Source: Priapulus caudatus (Eukaryota). From it: a stretch of DNA of 45,359 bases. The stretch is taken from contig NW_014577068.1 in NCBI RefSeq assembly GCF_000485595.1, positions 680,037-725,395 of the forward strand, in the 5' to 3' direction. The position numbers and the translations under genes were made by a program. Positions 12,140-36,900 of the stretch are shown piece by piece; the first letter of the stretch is position 1, and each line of letters starts with the position of its first letter. A model generated the notes under the pieces. It was not told where the DNA came from. It worked only from the letters and a program-made list of their open reading frames with translations, and did no database searches.

Positions 12140-12460
12140 TTATAGGGATGGCCTATAGGGTGGGGTGATAGGGATGGCTTATATAGGGTGGGGTTATAGG
12201 GATGGCCTATATAGGGTGGGGGTTATAGGGATGGCCTATATAGGGTGGGGGTTATAGGGATGGCCTATATAGGGTGGGGGTTATAGGGATGGCCTATATA
12301 GGGTGGGGGTTATAGGGATGGCCTATATAGGGTGGGAGTTATAGGGATGGCCTATATAGGGTGGGGTTATAGGGATGGTCTATCTAGGGTGGGGTTATAA
12401 GGATGGCCTATAGGGTGCGGTTATAGGGTTCGTCCACAGGACGGGGGCTATAGGGTGGGC
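12140..12460. repeat. ~29-bp G-rich minisatellite (TATAGGGATGGCCTATATAGGGTGGGGGT)n, ~10 copies
   Basis: Visible tandem array. Confidence 0.9.
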
Positions 12461-12967
12461 CTGTAGAGTGGGCCTATTTGGGACGAGGGCAGTAATTGTT
12501 CAGAGTAAGAATTAAGGAGAAACGGACGAGGTTGGGTTAGTTTGTTGCGTGTGCAACGAGCTAGTCTTTTTTTATGTAGACGTACATTATCTGCATGTGG
12601 TAACGTGGTGGCAACTAACAGCGGGCGTGGTGTGAGGCGTATAGATTAATGACGCAGGCAGGCAGATCGTGCGAGGCTAAGAAGCTATTACCGGCCATAT
12701 TTACCCCCATCAGCGCATCTGTAGTGTGGAGTGCCGCACGCACGCACACGCAGCAACGCAAACACCGATTAGTGCAAGTGTTATAGACCGAGACCCGTGT
12801 TTTTTTTTCTACACTGCGAGTACAGCGAGTATTTCAACTAATTCCCGCCTCCCCTCAAGACGATTTATTATAGCTGCTGCTGCTGCTGTGCTGGAGACGC
12901 ATGCAGCATCTGTGGGGCGCGGGCGTCGTGCGACCCGCACGTGCCGGATGTGAGAAAGTCGCTGTTA

Positions 12968-13400
12968 AGCCTAGCGCACACACCCGAGCAAAACGGGAAA
13001 TTTTGTTTTCCAGCGTTTCGCGTTCTGCTCGGCGAGCAAGCGCACACACAGCTGAGCAAAACATACAGAAACACTGCGTACAGCGCCGCTGTCACATGAC
13101 ATCAAAAATAGCCATCCAATGAACATCCAATTTTGTGTGTCATGTGATATTTTTAAGGATATTGATTGGAGACCGTCTGTGGCGTTTCGCTGTGTAGCAG
13201 AACGATTGACGCACACACCCGAGCAAAACGTACGCTCAGGCGAAAACACGTTCCGCGAATCAAACATTGCTTGTTCAGCGAAACACGCTCAGCTGAGCAA
13301 TGTTTTTTTGTTTCGGGAATCCGCACACAGCCACGAACATCGAGCGAAACACGTTTTTCTCCACGTTCAGGGTGTTTTGCTCGGGTGTGTCCGCTAGGCT
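12968..13400. mobile_element. PIF/Harbinger-type MITE
   Basis: ~27-bp TIR AGCCTAGCG(C/G)ACACACCCGAGCAAAAC; 3-bp TSD TTA (12965-67 / 13401-03); internal sub-repeats of GAGCAAAAC. Confidence 0.85.
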
Positions 13401-14789
13401 TTAAAGTGCGCCGCCGCGCGCAGGAAAAAACCCCGTCGGCACAGCTAATATCCGTGCTGTCTGTGTTGTGCAAGCGCGCGCGTGTCAGTGTCAGCTGTCA
13501 TGCTGCTTCTCCCTCGGCCGTCTGCAATGTTTTCGCAGTGATTTTTCGCTCGGACTAACTCGACACTTCCCTCGTCGCTCCTTTAGTGTCCTCTCCCATT
13601 TCTCGTACGCCTGCGAATTTTCACGTTGGTGTTCGCGGTCACTGCGAACGATCAGCTAACTGCCTTTGAGTCGGAGATGTGTGGATGCTACTATATATTT
13701 TCGGTGGTTCCAACGAGAGTCGTTGAGCCATCGACGAGAAAGAAGTTAGCGGTAAAAAACCACTCGGTTTCTAGTAGTTACTCTTCAGAGCGTTTCGCAG
13801 ATGTTATCACGAGTGCAAAATTTTTTCTCCGTTCGGACGAAACCCCACGGGACATCCCCGTATGATAAATATGCGCGCGCAAAAATTAAAGGCTAAAAAA
13901 TTCTTCTTTTCGCAAACTGCCGCGCGGTGAAATTCGCTGCCAGGAGCCTGTTTATAGAGAACTTCACTTGGCCGCGCACTTCCTCGGTATGGGCATCGCA
14001 CGTGTCCCCACGTTGTTTCCACGCCCTTATGCGAGATCTGCTGTTGGTTATCTAGCATGTAGTCAGCTCATTTTACTAGCGCATCAGCATTCAAGCGAGT
14101 ACCACATGCAGGCAGTCTTACTCCATGTCGCATTACACATCCTACCTGATTATCTCTGATTATATCGCATCGCATCACATACAACTGTAATGCATTGAAC
14201 TTTAATACATTGAGACAAGATTGGGATTATCCAATTACTGTCATAGGGCACGTGGGGGTGGTACTAGTCCTATTAATCTGTAAAACCCGTGTGATTATAA
14301 CAGGCTTTGGCCCGCAAAGCTGCGAGGTGTCACTGGAATGCACCCCCTATAAATAGCTAGTGGGAATCTGCAACGGGTGGCTTCCCCCGGTGATGGTGTG
14401 TGCATATCACATTACTCCTCTCTGGGATAATTCCCTGAACAGCTAGTAGCTACCTTTGAAGCTGTTTCCGTTCGAAGCGTGCGTGCAAGTCAACCTCCTG
14501 ACCAGAGTAACTGCTTGGGCACGTTCTGCAATGTTTACACATATGCTTCATCAGTGGTTCCCTGCCCGTGTAGCTACACGTGGCTATAGGATGTCAACAA
14601 TCACAGATGCCAGTGTCAGTGACATTGGGCCGGTGTCGTTGACGGATTTTGAATGATTTTTGGCGTTTTACTATGGCATGCATTGCTGTTCGTACCAGTG
14701 GTTATTAGTGAGATTTTAGTGCAGAAGAAATTGCCAGGTTACAACTTATTTTACATCAGTCAGCATTTCCGTCCTGCTGAACATTACGT

Positions 14790-14951
14790 CATTGTTCCGG
14801 TACTTCTGGTGCTGAACATTACGTCATTGTTCCAGTACTTCTGGTGCTGACATTATGTCATTGTTCCAGTACTTCTGGTGCTGACATTATGTCATTGTTC
14901 CAGTACTTCTGGTGCTGACATTATGTCATTATTCCAGTACTTCTGGTGCTG
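14790..14951. repeat. 34-bp minisatellite running into assembly gap
   Basis: (TTCCAGTACTTCTGGTGCTGACATTATGTCATTG)n, at least 4.5 copies. Confidence 0.9.
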
Positions 14952-15611
14952 NNNNNNNNNNNNNNNNNNNNNNNNNNNNNNNNNNNNNNNNNNNNNNNNN
15001 NNNNNNNNNNNNNNNNNNNNNNNNNNNNNNNNNNNNNNNNNNNNNNNNNNNNNNNNNNNNNNNNNNNNNNNNNNNNNNNNNNNNNNNNNNNNNNNNNNNN
15101 NNNNNNNNNNNNNNNNNNNNNNNNNNNNNNNNNNNNNNNNNNNNNNNNNNNNNNNNNNNNNNNNNNNNNNNNNNNNNNNNNNNNNNNNNNNNNNNNNNNN
15201 NNNNNNNNNNNNNNNNNNNNNNNNNNNNNNNNNNNNNNNNNNNNNNNNNNNNNNNNNNNNNNNNNNNNNNNNNNNNNNNNNNNNNNNNNNNNNNNNNNNN
15301 NNNNNNNNNNNNNNNNNNNNNNNNNNNNNNNNNNNNNNNNNNNNNNNNNNNNNNNNNNNNNNNNNNNNNNNNNNNNNNNNNNNNNNNNNNNNNNNNNNNN
15401 NNNNNNNNNNNNNNNNNNNNNNNNNNNNNNNNNNNNNNNNNNNNNNNNNNNNNNNNNNNNNNNNNNNNNNNNNNNNNNNNNNNNNNNNNNNNNNNNNNNN
15501 NNNNNNNNNNNNNNNNNNNNNNNNNNNNNNNNNNNNNNNNNNNNNNNNNNNNNNNNNNNNNNNNNNNNNNNNNNNNNNNNNNNNNNNNNNNNNNCAGCTC
15601 CCAGACATCTA

Positions 15612-15780
15612 TAGCGATCCCTGCGGGCGGTAGAACCACTGCCTATTGTAGTGCCCCTGCAGATTACATGACACCTGCCGACCGTAGCGCCCCCTACAAA
15701 TCAAAGTAGCCTTCTGCTGTTTAAAGCGCCCCCTGCTGATGATCGCCACAGAAAATACTGATCGTGGTGCCATCTACCGA
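15612..15780. promoter_or_regulatory. Cluster of 5 co-oriented CTCF-like motifs, ~36-41 bp period
   Basis: agcgatccctgcgg 15613, agtgcccctgcag 15650, agcgccccctacaa 15686, agcgccccctgctga 15725, ggtgccatctaccg 15766 versus CTCF core GCGCCCCCTGCTGG/GTGCCATCTAGTGG. Confidence 0.45.
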
Positions 15781-16161
15781 ACGTCACTCACAGTATAGGT
15801 ATTTGTTCTGGTTGCACATGGTGCTAGTGTCCTTCGTTGGTCGTGTCACATATAAGCAGATGGTTGATAAATCACATGCATCCACAACTACACAGGGATT
15901 CTACTAAGTACACCGTCACCTCACTAAATTTAATTTGTATTTTCATTGATAAATTACTCAAAACCAAGCCTTATATAAAGACTTACTAAAAGCAACGTGT
16001 TGACAATGACATAAGGCTAGAAGCTTCTCTAGACATAGAAAAGAGTCAAACAACATAGACATTCTCTTCTTCTAGACATAGAGGCTTCAGTTGGCTGACT
16101 AAACAGACCGTGTCACCACTGCAGGAAATGCACGACTCGACTGTCTGTTTGTTGCTTTCAG

Positions 16162-30323
<14,162 letters not shown>

Positions 30324-32532
30324 GTGCGAGCTTGACAGCTAACGCAATCTCTCTCCCTCGGCAGTGAGAAAATAGAACAGCGACACTCCGGGTTGCGTAA
30401 CATTTGCGCGCGCTAAGTTAATTTGTAGTGTTTAGCTTTGTTTGTTTGTTACTTTACACAGTCCGATGTACCAAAGTGCGACGACGCGAAGGCATCTCGT
30501 GGTTTCCCCGCGTTGCTTCTTCCTCACTAAACATAGTTGTGCTTTTCGTCAGACGCAGCTTTGACAGAGCATTTTACGGAGTATCTATCGGATGTACGAG
30601 GAAGGAACAGATGTATAGAAATCCAGTTCCACTCGCCTGTTTGCTAGCGCAAACATTGTAGTGAAGTGTGTGTGTGTGATAATCACGATATCTGACCAGA
30701 CTTCGCTTTGACCAAATGTTTTATTATCTAGTCGGAGTGTAACTACAGTGCCGGCAGCACATTCACGTGTTGACTGCACGCTGGTACAAATCATACCGGT
30801 AAACAACAGCCGGAGAGCACGTTTATTTCATTGATCAGATTGCATTTGAACTTCCTCCTGAAAATGGAAGTGGAGCATACCAGATGTATGCATTTAATTT
30901 ACAAAAAAAATTAATGAAAAGCCCCGCACGGTTGTGAGTGGAATTTTCGAGATGTCCTCAAAAACATGATTTGAACACGCCAGCGACTTCATTTGGTAGT
31001 TTTGTACTAGCAGCTCTAGCATTTAGTGCTTGATTGGCCATGAGCTTGCTGATTTCTCTAGAATTCTCGAAACGTTGGTGTTCTGTACACTAGATATGGC
31101 AGCTTGTATGCTTTATGTACGGCCAGAGAACAGCAAATTGTCTTCTCTTGCTTTGATCTGTGTTGTAAAGGGCCTGTGTTCTAAAGAACTCCATGTGGCC
31201 CTGTTTAGTTGTGATTATAGTTGTAACATAGTTGCAGCATACAGGTGTTACACTCTAGTATTACAAATTGGCATTTATACAATTGCATTGGTTATATAGG
31301 TAATATGTATTTAGTGTTCTATGCAAAGGCTTGCTTGACAGTCCATCAAAATCAATGGCTTCAGTAGCATATGGCACGCAGGAACTATTTGTAGTCGCGT
31401 CGATATTCAATAGAGATGAAATGGGGAAATCGTAGAGTGACGGAGAGGGAATGTATACCATGTGGTTGAATAAGTGGAACAGCATGCGTCAATTGTGAGT
31501 GTAACACGACACTATGTACATACTAAGCCTGTGATTTGAAGAAGCCTTGCCTGGCACGCTTTTGAACAACTAGTCCAATTTGAACGCAGCCTTTTTAAGT
31601 GTTTGTATAACCATTTATTCTGATATACGAAGCTGTCTGGTGTTTTTTCACCCGTATTATAGGGGGCGTGTAGTTTAGAGATCCCCTGACGGAGTGCTTG
31701 ATTTTAGTTTCTGTCGTAGTTCCTCTTGCATCCACGGCTTGTTTACTATGTGAGTAAAACGATATGAAGCTAGGGAAGCTCATCTGTGAAGGGACTATTC
31801 AGAGATGCTAACTATTATTGATATCATGTTTACATTTAGGCACCGTTAGATTAAACGAGATCGCGCGGAGAAATAATAACTTCGAGAAAATGAAGAATCG
31901 CTATATTATATGTTGATTCCATCTAGGTGTTCGGACGTTTTACGAGATTTAATCACTATTCGTGATTGATGGCATGTGCGCCTCGGTAAAGCGATACTCC
32001 GCAGCCATAATACTACTATCCACACTCATAATCAGCATCTGCGCAATTGTAGACTAGATCGTCACATTTATTTCTGCCTATTTTTTTGGTCATGATGGTT
32101 CTCTTGATTTAAAAAAATTCTTCATTGCTTGTCGAATAATGTTCTCTATCGTGTTTGTTTACTCTAAATAATGGCACTCGTGGAGATGCCACGCAGCATC
32201 CCCGTGAATTATTTGTCGTTCTCTCCGTTTTTTGGCGTTGTTTAGAGAAGTCTCGTGATTCACAAGGGGCAGTTTTGCCAGTGGTTTTGCGGTTGTGATG
32301 GTGCTTATCGAGAGCTGCACACGCATCTACTTCCAGTAGTCGCGTGTCAGCCTTTAGTAATACTCGCTTTAGTGCACCAGTTTTCTGCTGAGAACCGTCC
32401 TTTCTGTATCATGCTGTACGAGCCTATGCTGGTGCTTAACCTGGCATGCCGTTCTGAAACCACTGCAATGCCTGCTAATACTTTCCCCCAACTTATGGTT
32501 TTTGTATTGTGCTTATTATATTATTATTTACA

Positions 32533-32538
32533 AATAAA
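32533..32538 (+). terminator. Candidate poly(A) signal of beta-spectrin (3' UTR ~2.2 kb)
   Basis: AATAAA after the stop codon, in a U-rich context, immediately facing minus-strand AATAAAs. Confidence 0.55.
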
Positions 32539-32581
32539 AAAACGATATTAAATATTAAAGAAAATGTTACATCACCTCTAA

Positions 32582-32629
32582 TTTATTCACTCGAAGACCC
32601 GATATTTATTCTCACTTCTAGAATTTATT
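32582..32629 (-). terminator. Candidate poly(A) signals of CoREST (three AATAAA on - strand at 32582-87, 32605-10, 32624-29)
   Basis: Three TTTATT on + strand clustered ~1.2 kb downstream of the CoREST stop. Confidence 0.5.
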
Positions 32630-33818
32630 AAGTAAAGTGTAAAAACGCAGTAGCAAGCTACACAGTTTGTTATCATCTGTTGAACCAGAAATTAGTTTTG
32701 TGTTTTTCTAATAGTGAATAGTAGAAAATGAACGTTAAATTATTAACGTACACACGCACACACATATAATATCAGTAAACCAGTAGTACTGAACAACCAG
32801 TTTGTCGGATACACTAGCACATCACAAAAAACGTTTCCCCAGAAAATCCTCATCACATAACACACTGCTCTAATGCAAACATAATGATACATATAGCTAG
32901 GAACAATGTTAAGTGAATCAACAATCACCAATAAAATGGCTACAGAATACATGTATTCTCATAACTCCTGATACGTGTTCTGGGATGTACAGTTCATGCT
33001 GGTACTGCACACCATTTCTACTGCCTATTGATACTTGCTCTTAACAAAACGGTGTTTCCGCTATTGGCCAGTTACATCGCAGACGGAAAATTCTAGAATA
33101 GCGTCACGATTCTGGTACAAATCACCATAATTGTGATGAGTCTTAAGAAGAAAAATAAAACACTACATCACTCTTGACGTATGTTCAACATAATATTTAC
33201 AATATTTTAAATGTTAAATATGCCCACTCCTCTCTACCCCTCCTCAGTGAATGAAGACAGCAAAATACACATTTAAATCGATAAGCAATAAAAACTCCAG
33301 TGGCACTATTTACCCCTAACCTGTGTCCATTAATCACTGCTTTTGTTACTTCCAGTGTTCTATTTTGTGCCTACCAATATTTAAATTTTGTTTGTAGCTT
33401 TCGGTGTTGAGAGCAACCATGCAAGGTCTGCTGAACTACTGAGCCCACCAACTCAATGGTTCATATATAATTGGGCAATCTTGCACAAATTTTGTTCAAA
33501 GCTTTAAGAAGAACAACAGATATCCATGTGAAAAGAGCTGAATACAATTTGTTATACCGTACTGGATTCAGCTCATGTACAAGGGTAATACGTTTTAGAT
33601 AGATTTTTCCTAGTTTTTAAGCTTATTAAATAAAAACTATATCTGATACATCGCCTTCATAGGTACTTTGCACACAATATCTGTAGCTGCTTTCAAGATT
33701 TCAGCGTTTTAGCGTAACATAAATAATCCGGTAAAAGTAGTAAATGAAACCAAAAAAACAAACAAAAAACAAAGGGGTGAGTGGACAGGAGTTGAGAAGT
33801 TACTTGACCTCTACAAGG

Positions 33819-33921
33819 TTATTGCTGAGGGGCTTTAGTTGTGTGCGCTGGTGCAGGGGCTCCATTCGGTCTCACCAAGGGTGGTGGCATATGCAGAAGT
33901 CCTGGTCTTGGTGGAAGAAGC
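33819..33921 (-). CDS. CoRest: CoREST last coding exon
   Basis: ttttctag|(R)[42 protein letters not shown] motif is typical of RCOR C-termini. Confidence 0.85.
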
Positions 33922-36900
33922 CTAGAAAACAAAAGCCAACAAGTTAGAGTGAACATTGTTACTGTCAGGTTGATTGGAAAACATCAATGCATCTACTTCT
34001 AAACGGAATTTATTGCACATCTAATGTCTAAATATCATTGCTGTGCAGCAAAGGGTGCAAGTCAGTAAAATTGTTATGTGATATACACAAACCCAACTTA
34101 AGAAACATTACCTTCTCTATTAAGTTATCTGTTAATATTAGTCTGCAATACGTTACAACTATTGTATCTACATTCCTACTTTTCTACTTCTTACTACTAC
34201 CATTCTACTTTCTTCATTTCAACATTTTTGGTTTGATATATGGGTACCTTTGATATTGGTGATGATAGGGTTGTTGCTGCAGTGGTGGGGGGCCTCGTAG
34301 CACTCCTGGCTGGGTGTGCTTCAGAGGAGGGGGTGCTACTGGTGTACCACCACCACCACCACTACCACCACCACCACCACTACCAGCAGCACCACCACCA
34401 CTGCCACCACCAGCAGCAGTAGCAGCAGCAGCAGTAGTAGCAGCAGCAGCAGCAGTAGTAGCAGCAGCAGTAGCAGCCACGACTGCTGCATTAGCATGTG
34501 GGGCCGGACTCGAAGTGCCAGAACCCTGTGAAGTTTCCATCTGTTGAACGAAAAAAAGATGTAAGTCTAAACCTATAATCACATTTAATCAATGTACCAT
34601 AAGCTGGTTGTTCACGAAGAAAAAAAAGACAATCTGCTAAGTTATAGGTGCTGTATGATTATTAAACATTTCTCGAGAGTCGGGAGATTACTAGTTAGAC
34701 ATGCCTGAGAATACTTCATTCTTACCTAGCCTTTCATAATTTCATAGTTTCAGCATGTATTTTCTGTGAATGCACAACAGAACAGTGATACCTTCTCTTC
34801 CTTCTCTTTCTCGTCATCTTCCTTTTCTTTGTCCTCATCTTCCTCGTCTCCCATCTTCTCCATGGGTCCGTATTCAGCCTCATACTCCTTCACAACTTCA
34901 TCAAGATTGTAACGTCGCCGGTGGTTAATGAAGAAGCTGCGAATGTGTGCTGCACTCTTGTTACCAATTGTCTCGGCAATTGCCTGGAAATCCTTGCCGT
35001 ATCTCCTGACGCCTGGTAAAGGAGAAGATAGAAACATGGCAGAAATCGTCGGAGCATATTATTAAACAGTGATGGCACAAAGGAACAGAGCAAAGCCGGT
35101 GCATTTGCACCTGTCATAATTGAGTAGATCTATTTACAGTTGCACTAGCATTGTACCTTGTACAGCCAGCAGTAATTCCTCATTAGTCCAGCGCTGGTTC
35201 GGTTTAGCTTCAACCTGCATATAAGAAATTACAAGTGATTAATACACACATATATAGAACAGGTGTGTGTGCGTGCGTGTGTGTCAGTGTTGTAGTCGAG
35301 TCCGCACCCCCCGAGTCCGAGTCCGAGTCCGAGTCCGCACCCCCCGAGTCCGAGTCCGAGTCCGAGTCCGAGTCCGAGTCNNNNNNNNNNNNNNNNNNNN
35401 NNNNNNNNNNNNNNNNNNNNNNNNNNNNNNNNNNNNNNNNNNNNNNNNNNNNNNNNNNNNNNNNNNNNNNNNNNNNNNNNNNNNNNNNNNNNNNNNNNNN
35501 NNNNNNNNNNNNNNNNNNNNNNNNNNNNNNNNNNNNNNNNNNNNNNNNNNNNNNNNNNNNNNNNNNNNNNNNNNNNNNNNNNNNNNNNNNNNNNNNNNNN
35601 NNNNNNNNNNNNNNNNNNNNNNNNNNNNNNNNNNNNNNNNNNNNNNNNNNNNNNNNNNNNNNNNNNNNNNNNNNNNNNNNNNNNNNNNNNNNNNNNNNNN
35701 NNNNNNNNNNNNNNNNNNNNNNNNNNNNNNNNNNNNNNNNNNNNNNNNNNNNNNNNNNNNNNNNNNNNNNNNNNNNNNNNNNNNNNNNNNNNNNNNNNNN
35801 NNNNNNNNNNNNNNNNNNNNNNNNNNNNNNNNNNNNNNNNNNNNNNNNNNNNNNNNNNNNNNNNNNNNNNNNNNNNNNNNNNNNNNNNNNNNNNNNNNNN
35901 NNNNNNNNNNNNNNNNNNNNNNNNNNNNNNNNNNNNNNNNNNNNNNNNNNNNNNNNNNNNNNNNNNNNNNNNNNNNNNNNNNNNNNNNNNNNNNNNNNNN
36001 NNNNNNNNNNNNNNNNNNNNNNNNNNNNNNNNNNNNNNNNNNNNNNNNNNNNNNNNNNNNNNNNNNNNNNNNNNNNNNNNNNNNNNNNNNNNNNNNNNNN
36101 NNNNNNNNNNNNNNNNNNNNNNNNNNNNNNNNNNNNNNNNNNNNNNNNNNNNNNNNNNNNNNNNNNNNNNNNNNNNNNNNNNNNNNNNNNNNNNNNNNNN
36201 NNNNNNNNNNNNNNNNNNNNNNNNNNNNNNNNNNNNNNNNNNNNNNNNNNNNNNNNNNNNNNNNNNNNNNNNNNNNNNNNNNNNNNNNNNNNNNNNNNNN
36301 NNNNNNNNNNNNNNNNNNNNNNNNTGTATGTGTGCGTGCGTGCGTGCGTGCTTGCATCTGTGTATATGTTAGCGAACAAAATAGAATTCCAAATTAATAA
36401 ATTAATTTCTCGAAAAATAATTGATCAGTTCTAAGTACTTTGCTTGAGTAGCAAAGTTTACGTGAACAGGAGGATAGCTTTAACTTTTTAACGAGATTCC
36501 TTCACGATAAATACTGAATTGATGACATCATAGTGACTCACATCTGGTGGTCTGTACACGTCGATCCCTGCTGCCAACTTCTGCTTTTGTGAGCTTATAA
36601 TCTGCTTGTTGTACTGGGCCTAGACGAAAATAACAACATCCTCCCATTACTTACGGTGCACACAAAAGTGACAAGAGATTTTCTAGGAAGGCCAGGTTTT
36701 GCACAGAAGTACAGTACCATTAAAATAAATAGAAAAATCCTTGCTGCTTCACCTACAGAAGACAAATGATGAATCACAAAAAAGCTATTGTAAATAACAA
36801 GCGTGACTGGTGTAGAATAACAGCAGCCTCACATCTCAGTCAGGATGAAGCCTTAGAGATGGAGCCGGAGCAGCTTTGCACATACCTGTGTTTTCAGAGA

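Noticed and set aside
14255..14450. Possible ribozyme or SINE body
   Set aside because: No hammerhead core (CTGANGA...GAAA) or other recognisable motif found by eye; cannot be supported.
14790..14951. 34-bp and 53-bp (25931-26408) arrays as possible CRISPR
   Set aside because: No unique spacers, pure tandem units, eukaryotic context, no cas genes.
14878..15709. Long ORFs over 14.9-15.6 kb and 35.2-36.4 kb
   Set aside because: Artefacts of N runs.
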